Of a stretch of 20,000 bases of DNA, positions 7,675 through 15,552 are shown piece after piece. The translations under genes and the position numbers were made by a program. Location of the stretch: the IMG/VR virus record IMGVR_UViG_3300033141_001977; one strand, given 5' to 3'. Position 1 is the stretch's first letter. Each line of letters opens with the position of its first letter. The DNA is from an uncultured virus (IMG/VR IMGVR_UViG_3300033141_001977) (lineage: Duplodnaviria; Heunggongvirae; Uroviricota; Caudoviricetes). A model generated the notes under the pieces. That model was not told the DNA's origin and ran no database searches. It was given only the letters and a program-made list of their open reading frames with translations.

Positions 7675-8026
7675 GGCTACCCTCCTTGTGTAACGCCGCG
7701 TCCAGAGCGTCCAGCGCTTGAGACCGCCTCAGTTGCGGGTCATGGCTGCATTCGATTATCCTGCACATCACAGGGCGATGTTCATAAATGAGGCATTGGC
7801 CGTCTTTGTAGGCGGCGCAGAAGCCGTCGGCCTTCATCTTCATGCTCCAGAACTCGACTGCAACGTCACCAATTTTGATGTGTTCGCAGGTGCGATATTG
7901 TTCAGGGACAGATGCGACATCTTCGTCAAAGATGACCACATCTGATTGACAGCATGATCCACATCGGCTGCATTTCCAGTTTGACATAACTACTCCTGTC
8001 AGTTCAGTTGTCTTGGCATACTTCAC
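7661..8026 (-). CDS. YkgJ-family CxxCxxCC Zn/Fe-chelating protein
   Basis: WKCSRCGSCC...C...CLIYEHRPVMCR. Confidence 0.85.
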   Translation of the reverse strand: MKYAKTTELTGVVMSNWKCSRCGSCCQSDVVIFDEDVASVPEQYRTCEHIKIGDVAVEFWSMKMKADGFCAAYKDGQCLIYEHRPVMCRIIECSHDPQLRRSQALDALDAALHKEGSHAAL

Positions 8027-9110
8027 GATGCGCCTCCTGTAATGCTTCTCTGTCTAGGCCTCTCGCATGGGCGCTGGCGGAGTGGATTGCGGCCTCCTCA
8101 TCAAGCGTCGGTCGCACAAACCTGAATTGCAGCTGTCCGACCGACCCAATGATGGACAAACTTCTAACCTCATCCACAATAAGCTCCTCGATCTGAGCGT
8201 ATGTCATCCGGGCCTCGTTGATCACCTGCACATACTTGTCGCGCAGATGGCCGGGGCGAACCATTTTGCCGGTGCCATCATGCACCAAGAGCCGCTTATA
8301 CCGATTTGCGAGAATGGTGGCGATGACCCTGATATGCCGTGGCGAGGGTAACTCGACAATCCCGAGCTCATAGAGGTCAGTCGAGCCGGGCGGCCAGAAT
8401 GTAGCGGTTATCGCAGCCCGTCCTTCCTTGCTATGGTCATAACCATAAGACCTGAGTGAGCCTGCAACGATGACCTTCTTGTCCACCTCGCATGGTCGGT
8501 CATGACCGCCGATGACAATCAGGTCATAAGAGCCTAGCGGTAGTGAATCCATCCCTATCGAGAATAGTGATGGTGGGTTGTCTAGCCCTGTTATTCCGAG
8601 TGTGCAACACAATATCGCCGGACGATAGCCATCTCGGCGCTGCTCACATTCGGCGAGTAGTTTGCTCCATTTTACCCGGCTGGGACACCAAGAGATACAG
8701 GATAGGTGGACACCGTTAATCAGCTCGGAGAATATGGGCTGCGCTACTTGACAGCCAAAGAACCGATATGTCCCCAAGTATGCGCTATCGTGTTGGCCCC
8801 GCAGCTTCACTATGGGCGTCTGCCCGCCCCGATCGCCGGCGGCGAACATCAGTTTCATATCGAGCGGCGGCATCCATTCTAGCGGGGCGCATGACACGCA
8901 CTTCCGTTGTCTGAACCCATGATAGTCATCGCCAAGTGTAACAACACAACGCGGACGACTGGATACCCGCCTAATATGGCTGGCTATCTTGTCATAAGCC
9001 GCCTTAATGTCTTGCAGCTCTAACGGGATACCGTCCTCGTCAAACGGGGCGGCCATACGGGCGTGCGCCCCACCAAAGAAACAGAATGTGGTGCTGTCGT
9101 CTAGCGCCAT
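8004..9110 (-). CDS. Mre11/SbcD (gp47)-like metallophosphoesterase fold with degenerate metal motifs
   Basis: Motif spacing matches: FFGGAHAR (DxH), TLGDDYH (GDxxD), LRGQHD (GNHD), YDLIVIGGHDRP (YxxLGHxH), VAGSL...DHSKEGR (YxGS...E). Confidence 0.65.
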   Translation of the reverse strand: MALDDSTTFCFFGGAHARMAAPFDEDGIPLELQDIKAAYDKIASHIRRVSSRPRCVVTLGDDYHGFRQRKCVSCAPLEWMPPLDMKLMFAAGDRGGQTPIVKLRGQHDSAYLGTYRFFGCQVAQPIFSELINGVHLSCISWCPSRVKWSKLLAECEQRRDGYRPAILCCTLGITGLDNPPSLFSIGMDSLPLGSYDLIVIGGHDRPCEVDKKVIVAGSLRSYGYDHSKEGRAAITATFWPPGSTDLYELGIVELPSPRHIRVIATILANRYKRLLVHDGTGKMVRPGHLRDKYVQVINEARMTYAQIEELIVDEVRSLSIIGSVGQLQFRFVRPTLDEEAAIHSASAHARGLDREALQEAHREVCQDN

Positions 9111-9113
9111 GGC

Positions 9114-9308
9114 TCACCATGGCGCTTTCATAAATGCGACTATACCGACCAGCGCTAGCGCGGCGGCCACACCTATGACGCACCCCACGATTGCATGTGC
9201 GGCCTTACTCGACCATCGCCTTTGCTCCTGATACCAGAACTGAACGACATGGCCTAACCCGTTGCTGAAATAAGCGCTGGGTATTGGCATAGGCTCATTT
9301 CTATTCAT
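9114..9308 (-). CDS. Small single-pass membrane protein
   Basis: Start at 9308 (SD GGAGG). C-terminal hydrophobic helix. Confidence 0.65.
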   Translation of the reverse strand: MNRNEPMPIPSAYFSNGLGHVVQFWYQEQRRWSSKAAHAIVGCVIGVAAALALVGIVAFMKAPW

Positions 9309-9310
9309 CC

Positions 9311-10222
9311 TTATCCCTCCTGTTGATGCAGCCAAGTAGTTGGCGGCGGGTTGATCATCCTCTCTCTATATTTCTTTATGACGGCAACAGCCGGTGGTGG
9401 TAGTCTAGGGATCGCCAGCGCCCGCTCTCGCACCTCATCTTCTAAGACTGGTTCAAAGCGCTCATCCTCATCAATGTTGACCAGCCGGTTCCGAAACCAT
9501 TCTTGGGCATAGAGCCTATCCCAGTCGTAAGGTGTGCTTTCCTTAAACCGGCCTAACGGCAACGATTGAATGTTCCATGTGAGCCGGCGGCCTAGCTTCA
9601 CAACCGACAGGACACGAGCATATTCGGGGTCGAAAATGTTACGTTTAGGGTTGATATGGTCAAGCACCTCACCGTAACTGTTCTGGCACATATACCCGTC
9701 TAGCACATCGTTCTCAAACGAGCGGGCGGAGTTTGCTGTGAACAGCTGTGGGATGAGCTGATAATCGGACGGCAGATGGCGGTCGTGCTGGATACCGCGC
9801 ACCATGTCATGAGAGCTGATTAGACAGACGTTGAACATCACTGCGCCGCGTGCCGTGATATACTGCCTGTTCAACGCAGCCTGAAGCTGACGTCGGTCTG
9901 CCCGTTCCTCTAAAGTAGCCCGGCCAGCCTGCATATCTACGGTGAGCTGGTTTAACAATTGAAGGGCCGGTTCATATTCGTCGCAATAACAGGGGCCTAC
10001 TTTATGCTTCTTAGGGCAGGCAAACAGCCATGTCCGCATCTGCTTATCGACAAGCCGGTGGAGGTAGGCCACTCTATATCCGATGGAGCCAACGTCGGGT
10101 CTATATGCCCAATGGACGGGCAACAGCCGGTAGCTGAAGCCTTGTATTATCCTAATCTTCCGGGGCACGCCGGCTGTGATCAACTTGGGGTCAACGACCG
10201 GTAGCTGTGCGGGCTTATTCAT
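9311..10222 (-). CDS. Divergent T4 gp32-like ssDNA-binding protein (tentative)
   Basis: YRLLP...H...CP...GPCYC...FNVCLI...NIFDPEYARVLSVVK parallels gp32 IRFLP...H...C...CPVC...ANILVV...CPWEGANFVLKVK. No acidic tail. Confidence 0.5.
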   Translation of the reverse strand: MNKPAQLPVVDPKLITAGVPRKIRIIQGFSYRLLPVHWAYRPDVGSIGYRVAYLHRLVDKQMRTWLFACPKKHKVGPCYCDEYEPALQLLNQLTVDMQAGRATLEERADRRQLQAALNRQYITARGAVMFNVCLISSHDMVRGIQHDRHLPSDYQLIPQLFTANSARSFENDVLDGYMCQNSYGEVLDHINPKRNIFDPEYARVLSVVKLGRRLTWNIQSLPLGRFKESTPYDWDRLYAQEWFRNRLVNIDEDERFEPVLEDEVRERALAIPRLPPPAVAVIKKYRERMINPPPTTWLHQQEG

Positions 10223-10781
10223 ATATCCTCACCGCTGCCAGCGCATGTAAGGCAAGACCGGTCGCGTCGGAATACCCGCTCTTGGTATAGCTATACCGCT
10301 GCTGGAACTCTGGGCACGTCGGAAACCGCGCTCTGACGGTAGCCCAGACGTCGGGCTTCACGTCCGTCGATTTGCGCTTCATGTTGCGTAGCTTCTCGTT
10401 CTTGTCTTTACGCTGAGACCAGTTGGCAACGCCGATTGAAGAGCGCCATACCTCTGGTTTGACCACCAAGTGTGGGATGTCGAGATATGTGAGCGCTGCC
10501 CACCACAGTAACCAGCTGGCAGTCTGGGTGCGCATCGTCTTAGGGCTGCCGATTATCCCGGCGATTGGTGGTTCCTCAAGCGCGACCATATCAATCGGCT
10601 CCCGAGATCCGAGCAGCTGTAAGAGTTTAACCATACCTTTGAAGTCGAACTTAAATGGCCCGGCTGCCCTCGTCAGCGGAATGTCCTCAAACCGAAGACA
10701 ATGGTTGTTGTTCCTGTATTCAAGGACGGCTATGCGCCCGTCCTTACTACCTGGGTCAATGCCTACTACGAGCATGGTCAT
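10215..10781 (-). CDS. RuvC-like Holliday junction resolvase
   Basis: Start reassigned to 10781 (SD AAGGAG). VVGIDPG, VALEE, VKPEVWR, SDATGLA. Confidence 0.85.
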   Translation of the reverse strand: MTMLVVGIDPGSKDGRIAVLEYRNNNHCLRFEDIPLTRAAGPFKFDFKGMVKLLQLLGSREPIDMVALEEPPIAGIIGSPKTMRTQTASWLLWWAALTYLDIPHLVVKPEVWRSSIGVANWSQRKDKNEKLRNMKRKSTDVKPDVWATVRARFPTCPEFQQRYSYTKSGYSDATGLALHALAAVRIYE

Positions 10782-10799
10782 CTCCTTCCAACTAGTATT

Positions 10800-10930
10800 T
10801 AGCGGGAGTGCCGGGACTTGAACCCGGCTGCGGAGGTGATGGTTATGACTCTTGTACACGTGCTATAAGCATCATATCGTCCATCAAGTCTCTCCAACTG
10901 ACTGACTACCAGCGCTCCGTCTATACTCCC
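10800..10930 (-). ncRNA. tRNA-like RNA (Ser/GGA-like) with an irregular anticodon arm and a ~55-nt variable arm
   Basis: Acceptor GGGAGTA/CACTCCC; T8A9; D-stem GAC/GTC with CTGGTA in the loop; perfect T-arm CCGGG-TTCAAGT-CCCGG; discriminator G followed by CTA. Confidence 0.65.
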
Positions 10931-11078
10931 GCTCATTTTGTCGCATTTGCCGTAATCGTGAATTGATACGTGCCCAACAATCCTCGCAAACGAAATGACC
11001 CCAGAGGATTACACCACGCCTACTTTGACACCATTCGCCAAGCGAGCATGACTCTGGGCTGTTACTTACTATCTTCAT
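10884..11078 (-). CDS. Small Cys-rich hypothetical protein; its 3' end overlaps the tRNA-like element
   Basis: SD AAGGGA. C...C...CEDC. Confidence 0.55.
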   Translation of the reverse strand: MKIVSNSPESCSLGEWCQSRRGVILWGHFVCEDCWARINSRLRQMRQNEREYRRSAGSQSVGET

Positions 11079-11101
11079 GTTGTTAGTCCCTTCGTCTTCT
11101 C

Positions 11102-11338
11102 CTACTCTTTGCTTATACGGCCATATTTAACAAGTAGTCTGATACAGGCCTTACATGTGATTGGTTTCTTAACTCGTGTGAATCGCTGAGGCCGTCCACA
11201 TAATGTTTCATAATCGCCATCACAGTATGACTTAACGTGAACTTTGCCATGCGGCAATCGCTGTGCTCCGTAAGCCTTCCATTGAGGATTAATCTGCGAA
11301 ATCTCTATGCTGGTCGGCATATCTTTTTTCTGGGTCAT
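11102..11338 (-). CDS. Small zinc-binding phage protein (H...LCG...ITCKAC)
   Basis: SD AGGAG. VH...TLCG...ITCKAC pattern. Confidence 0.75.
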   Translation of the reverse strand: MTQKKDMPTSIEISQINPQWKAYGAQRLPHGKVHVKSYCDGDYETLCGRPQRFTRVKKPITCKACIRLLVKYGRISKE

Positions 11339-11358
11339 CGTCTTCTCCTATTCTTTAC

Positions 11359-11424
11359 GAGGGGCAAGGCACACCGGCGGCGTAGAGATGTGTTATTCGC
11401 CAGTGGCACACAGCCTTGCCCCTC
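11359..11424 (-). other. Long intergenic stem-loop
   Basis: Perfect 12-bp inverted repeat GAGGGGCAAGGC (11359-11370) / GCCTTGCCCCTC (11413-11424), with inner GGCG/CGCC. No U-tract. Confidence 0.65.
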
Positions 11425-11584
11425 ATCGTTTGCTGCCAATCCCAAGCTCTCGACGCTTGAACTGCAGGAGCTGTGTGGCGTACTTGATTTGGGTCTTATC
11501 ATCGTCTCTATAAACTGCGGCTAAGCATTTCTTGTGTGCCCGGCGCACACGCCATGTATAGTATCTACGTATCAGTGGGTTCAT
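11423..11584 (-). CDS. Small basic hypothetical protein, 53 aa (MNPLIRRYYTWRVRRAHKK...)
   Basis: Translated by hand. SD GAGGA directly after the dnaB stop. Confidence 0.65.
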   Translation of the reverse strand: MNPLIRRYYTWRVRRAHKKCLAAVYRDDDKTQIKYATQLLQFKRRELGIGSKR

Positions 11585-11594
11585 AATTTTGTCC

Positions 11595-12977
11595 TCATTT
11601 TACCCAGTCTGGCACATCTACTTCGTCCTCTACTTCGTCATCTACTTCGTCATCATCGCTTTTCGGCACAGCGTCCTTAAACGTGGCGCTCGACCCGTTA
11701 AATATCAGGTCGAAGGTGCCTAGCGGGCCGTTCTTATGTTTAGCCACAGTCCCTTTAATCCTTATGTTACGATGAAGGTGTGTCCGCTTTTGTGGGTTGT
11801 GTAAGAATATCACCTTATCAGCGGCTTGTTCAATTTCCCCGGATTCACGGAGGTCCGACAAACCAGGAGTCTTGAGGCTAATCCCTTTCTCTGACCGTCT
11901 CAACTGGGACAGCGCTATGACAGTAATGTCTAACTCGCTCGCTATCTCTTTGAGTCGGCGGGCGATCTCAGCAACGTCCTGCTGTCTATTCTCAGCCGTC
12001 TTCTTAGGGGCCTTAATCAACTGGAGGTAGTCAACAATGAGCACGCTGATATTATGCCGCTGCTTGATTACCTTAGCCCGCGAGAAGAGCTGTTGTATCC
12101 GCAAGGAAGCTGGTGAACCGATGTAGATCGGGAGTGCTTCAAGACTTTCCTTTATGCGATGCACAGCAGCCCTACGGTCTTCATTGAGTAGCCCGCGATG
12201 TAGGTTATGGAGTGATACACCTGCCTTCGCTGCTATGAGCCTATGCGTGATTGCAGACTTGGACATCTCTAACGAGAAGTCGAGGACACCATATCCGGCA
12301 GTTGCGACATGGCGGGCAATATCCAGCGAGATGGTCGTCTTGCCGACTGATGTTCGCGCCCCTATGATCACTAATTCGCCGGCGTGTAGCCCGCCTATTA
12401 TCTTATCCAGCTCGTTGAAGCCCGTCGGTACACCGGGCACTATCTGGTCACCAGCTGCTATCGCGTCCATCTCGGCCACGCTACTCTGCACCAAATCACG
12501 TAGATCGCTGATAGTACTCTTGGCTGATACGTCGATAAGGTCAGAAACGCACCGCTGCGCATACTCTACCTGCCCGTCGGCTTCGCCAGCCTCGTCATAA
12601 CACCGGTCCATGACTCGGCTGCACACAGAAATTAGCCGCCGAAGTAGATACTTGTCCTTGACAATACCGGCGTAGTGTGTGATGTTCGTTATGGCCGAAA
12701 CCTCTGTGAGTAATTTGGAGATATAGGCCATCCCCCCAACCTTGTCGACGTGTTTGCGCTTTTTGAGCTCATCCCCCAATAGAATGAAATCGACCGGGAT
12801 GTTTTGCTCGTGAAGCGCTATCACTGCCCTGTAAATCAATCGATGTGCAGAAAAATCAAATGCCTCAGGCGGCAAGATACTTGCAACCGTATCGATATAG
12901 GTGTTGTCGATAAGCAGACCACCTAAGACTATCCGCTCGGCCTCGCGGTTATGAGGTGGGACGTTAATGGTCATCAA
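11595..12977 (-). CDS. dnaB: Replicative DNA helicase DnaB
   Basis: PPHNREAE N-terminus, Walker A GARTSVGKT, FSLEMS, IVDYLQL, ALSQLRR, DLRESGEIEQAAD, AKHKNGP. Confidence 0.97.
   Translation of the reverse strand: MMTINVPPHNREAERIVLGGLLIDNTYIDTVASILPPEAFDFSAHRLIYRAVIALHEQNIPVDFILLGDELKKRKHVDKVGGMAYISKLLTEVSAITNITHYAGIVKDKYLLRRLISVCSRVMDRCYDEAGEADGQVEYAQRCVSDLIDVSAKSTISDLRDLVQSSVAEMDAIAAGDQIVPGVPTGFNELDKIIGGLHAGELVIIGARTSVGKTTISLDIARHVATAGYGVLDFSLEMSKSAITHRLIAAKAGVSLHNLHRGLLNEDRRAAVHRIKESLEALPIYIGSPASLRIQQLFSRAKVIKQRHNISVLIVDYLQLIKAPKKTAENRQQDVAEIARRLKEIASELDITVIALSQLRRSEKGISLKTPGLSDLRESGEIEQAADKVIFLHNPQKRTHLHRNIRIKGTVAKHKNGPLGTFDLIFNGSSATFKDAVPKSDDDEVDDEVEDEVDVPDWVK
11615..11650. repeat. 3 x 12-bp tandem repeat encoding the acidic DnaB tail
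   Basis: catctacttcgt cctctacttcgt catctacttcgt (DEVD/DEVE/DEVD). Confidence 0.85.
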
Positions 12978-13855
12978 TCTATTCCGTAGATGTCAAGTGT
13001 GTCCTTCAATCCAAGTAGCAGTTTGGACTTCAGAAAGTTGTTGGTCTCAAAACGTGTAGTAGTCTCACGGGCAGCCATCGCCATTGTGCAGACAAGCAGC
13101 TCATGATCGCAGATAGGGAGCTTCTGCCATTTGTAGGTCAACTGCTTGCCGTCGGCGAGCGCCACAAGTTCGATGATGATGTTGCGGAGGGCGCTGGTAT
13201 CACTCATCGTGCCATTATCCTTGAAGGCCTGGCGCTTAGTTGGGGCAAGAGCACAGGCAAAATACTCGATGAGGTATTTCAACTCTTTCTTCTCAAACCG
13301 TTTTAGGAACTTACGTGCAAGCTCTTGGGCGGTTACACCAGACTCACATTGTCCCTGCACTCCACTTTTGGTGGAGTTGGTGGGGACAGAGGTACTTCTT
13401 TTATCTTTCTTCTGTACAGACTCTTTAGAGTCTTCTATATCTATATCTATATCTGTCGCGCCGATTTTGCGCCGATTTTGTCCCAATTTAGATGAGCCTA
13501 ATCCATCATCCCTTACTCTTAGATTAGCGTTCCTTTGCTGCTTCGCAAAGTCTGGGAAGCCCCACGCGCCGTTCTCATCTTGACACATAAGCCCTTTTTT
13601 TGCAAGCACATCGAGTACTTTTTGCGTTGCTTTTACATTGCGTCTGCGAGTCATATTGCATATCTCTTGCAATGTCGCCGGCTGATCATGTTCGTATAGA
13701 AAGCCCCGGCGGATGCTCGGTTGGGTGAGAGATGCCCAATCATAGAGCCGTCGATAGAAGCCTTCTTGAGAAAGAGATAAAGAGAGCCACCTTAACGACG
13801 TGAGTGCTTTTGCTGGATGCCATTTATACCACGAGTATTCATTCGGCGACGGCAT
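12974..13855 (-). CDS. Phage replication initiator (replisome organizer / lambda O-like, N-terminal winged helix)
   Basis: Start reassigned to MPSPNEYSWYKW at 13855. N-terminus like the Phage_rep_org_N/DUF1376 type, central DIDIDIE linker, directly upstream of dnaB. Confidence 0.8.
   Translation of the reverse strand: MPSPNEYSWYKWHPAKALTSLRWLSLSLSQEGFYRRLYDWASLTQPSIRRGFLYEHDQPATLQEICNMTRRRNVKATQKVLDVLAKKGLMCQDENGAWGFPDFAKQQRNANLRVRDDGLGSSKLGQNRRKIGATDIDIDIEDSKESVQKKDKRSTSVPTNSTKSGVQGQCESGVTAQELARKFLKRFEKKELKYLIEYFACALAPTKRQAFKDNGTMSDTSALRNIIIELVALADGKQLTYKWQKLPICDHELLVCTMAMAARETTTRFETNNFLKSKLLLGLKDTLDIYGID
13435..13490. repeat. Putative replication origin iterons inside the initiator gene
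   Basis: GCGCCGATTTT x2 (13458-13479) plus degenerate GTCCCAATTTA (13480-13490), next to AT-rich (CTATAT)x3. Confidence 0.6.
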
Positions 13856-13991
13856 CTTCGGCTTCCTTGTTGCCGCCTTTAAGTGTGATAGAGCCGGCAG
13901 GTATTGATGCAGCAAGGCCGCAGTCAGGGCAGGGAAGGCATAGTTTGCCAGTTGGCATAAAGCCAAGAGTGATAATCTTCCATGTTCTCAT
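13839..13991 (-). CDS. Small hypothetical protein, 50 aa (MRTWKIITLG...CPDCG...)
   Basis: Translated by hand. SD AGGAG. Overlaps the initiator start. Confidence 0.6.
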   Translation of the reverse strand: MRTWKIITLGFMPTGKLCLPCPDCGLAASIPAGSITLKGGNKEAEDAVAE

Positions 13992-14119
13992 GGTGATCTC
14001 CTGGAGGGGAATACGGGGCCGCGGGCTGCAATGCCTAAACCAACGGAGTTGGGAGGAAACCTTTGGCCCCGGAATTGTTTTACGGAAGTTCTTAATTTAA
14101 GCATTGCAAATCCACTGTT

Positions 14120-14144
14120 ATCATACCCCGTTATCGGATGTCAA
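14120..14144 (-). promoter_or_regulatory. Possible sigma70-type promoter for the replication operon
   Basis: Perfect TTGACA (14144-14139). The -10 candidates TATGAT (13-bp spacer) and GATAAC (16-bp spacer) are non-canonical. Confidence 0.35.
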
Positions 14145-14308
14145 GCGGTAATCTTCTACCGCTTTATCTGGCCGCGCCGTTCGAGCCGGCCTATCTCGCG
14201 TTTCGCCGTCATAATCCTTGCCGTCCGGAGTCTCCATTGCGGAGGCCGCTACCCCTCCGCTTTCTCTAGCAGTCGTATCCTTGTATATCATCGTGGTCTC
14301 TTTCTCAG

Positions 14309-14608
14309 TTACTTCGCCTGGCGCTTGCGATAATGCTCCACAACAACATCGCGCCAGCCGCGCGCCGCCCTGAAGCGCATGGAGCACGAGGCCGGTATCC
14401 GCGTCCGTTCGCGGGTATAGACGTTATAGCCCTTGCGGGTGCGGATGTTGGACAGATAGAACCGCCCAACACCTCTGATTGTGATATTATGTCCAGCCTT
14501 CAACTGCTCTTGGATATGCCCAAAGACAGCCTCTATGGCTAGTTTCGCCTGTGGCTGTGTGATAGCGGCCTCTGTTGCGACGTATCTGACTATTGGTAAT
14601 GCTGACAT
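14309..14608 (-). CDS. HU/IHF-family DNA-bending protein
   Basis: ITIRGVGRF...RKGYNVYTRERTRIPASCSMRFRAAR matches the HU/IHF arm GFGxF...RxGRNPxTGE.I.IPA...FK. Confidence 0.9.
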   Translation of the reverse strand: MSALPIVRYVATEAAITQPQAKLAIEAVFGHIQEQLKAGHNITIRGVGRFYLSNIRTRKGYNVYTRERTRIPASCSMRFRAARGWRDVVVEHYRKRQAK

Positions 14609-14609
14609 G

Positions 14610-14696
14610 TTAATGTCCCTTTCGCTTATATTCCAGCCATGTAATCAGCCCCACCATACACATGAGAATTACCGTTACAGCTATTATACCGTTCAT
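14610..14696 (-). CDS. Small membrane peptide (MNGIIAVTVILMCMVGLITWLEYKRKGH); start uncertain
   Basis: A single hydrophobic helix with a basic tail. Its stop abuts the HU start. Confidence 0.45.
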   Translation of the reverse strand: MNGIIAVTVILMCMVGLITWLEYKRKGH

Positions 14697-14764
14697 ACTG
14701 ATGTGTCGCTCACGATTTCTCTCCTTTTGGTTTGGGTTTCTGTGGGATGGTGGTGCTATCGCCC

Positions 14765-14956
14765 TTATGCCACCAGCCCGTCGCACAGCCACATTTGCCG
14801 CAGACGGCTTTGTCGCTGGACAAGAACTCCTTGGTGGTCATGCCAACCGGAATAGAGAACGGCTGCCTCCGGGTCTGAAAGCAACTTGAAATCGTATTTG
14901 CCCGCGCCGTTCACCGCGACGCCGAACCGTTTTGGCAGCCGCGTCAAGCCCCGCAT
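14765..14956 (-). CDS. Hypothetical protein
   Basis: SD GAGGAG. Overlaps the upstream gene. Confidence 0.6.
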   Translation of the reverse strand: MRGLTRLPKRFGVAVNGAGKYDFKLLSDPEAAVLYSGWHDHQGVLVQRQSRLRQMWLCDGLVA

Positions 14957-15198
14957 CTTCGTTGCTCCTCTCTTGGGTGCATGAAATTGTCAACTATGGC
15001 GTGATACGTCCCGGCCTCTTTGGCCGCGACCTCTTCGTCTGGGTCGGCAAACGGCCAGCCCGCAGCACACAATTCCTCGTCAAACCGGAATGTGCATTCC
15101 GGGCAATCCTCATCGCAGTATAACGGCGGCTCCGGGCCAGGGCAGGCGTCAAAGCCTATCAGATAGCCATACTGCTCATCGCCTACTCTACTGGGCAT
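14944..15198 (-). CDS. Acidic Cys-rich hypothetical protein
   Basis: SD AAGGAGGG. CDEDCPEC...C. Confidence 0.65.
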   Translation of the reverse strand: MPSRVGDEQYGYLIGFDACPGPEPPLYCDEDCPECTFRFDEELCAAGWPFADPDEEVAAKEAGTYHAIVDNFMHPREEQRRCGA

Positions 15199-15218
15199 CC
15201 TCCCTCCTTACTTATTAG

Positions 15219-15497
15219 TTAGCTGTCGGTGGTAATGAGGCATACCGTCTCTATGATGTCTATCCCAATCGGTTGCCCGTCCCAGCCCGCAAAGAACAAG
15301 AGCCAGATGCTGCGCCCGTTCGCGGCTTGTCCGAAATAGGCGCGGCCCATGTAGCTACGCCTGCTAGCTAATAGCGAGAACTCAATGTCAACGGCAGCCC
15401 GCAGGCTTGAGTCAACACCGGTATACGGCAAACCAGGATAATGATGTGCTAGATTCTCCTCAAGTTGGGTCAACAGGTTGTCAACAATAGCTGTCAT
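15219..15497 (-). CDS. Hypothetical protein
   Basis: SD GGAGG. Confidence 0.7.
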   Translation of the reverse strand: MTAIVDNLLTQLEENLAHHYPGLPYTGVDSSLRAAVDIEFSLLASRRSYMGRAYFGQAANGRSIWLLFFAGWDGQPIGIDIIETVCLITTDS

Positions 15498-15552
15498 AAT
15501 AGATTCCTCCGTTAAGGTTGTTTAACTGCTTGGGATGTTACTACTATAGCGT

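Noticed and set aside
11404..11419. Plus-strand sigma54 promoter TGGCACACAGCCTTGC
   Set aside because: GG-to-GC spacing is 11 rather than the required 10, and the sequence is part of a hairpin.
14000..14075. HDV/CPEB3-like ribozyme (GGGGCCA...GCGGCCCC)
   Set aside because: P2, P3 and the catalytic C junction cannot be built convincingly.
14121..14387. 88-aa minus-strand ORF
   Set aside because: It overlaps the HU gene out of frame and the putative promoter. A shorter version from MIYKD (SD-like AGAAAGAG) is possible but unsupported.
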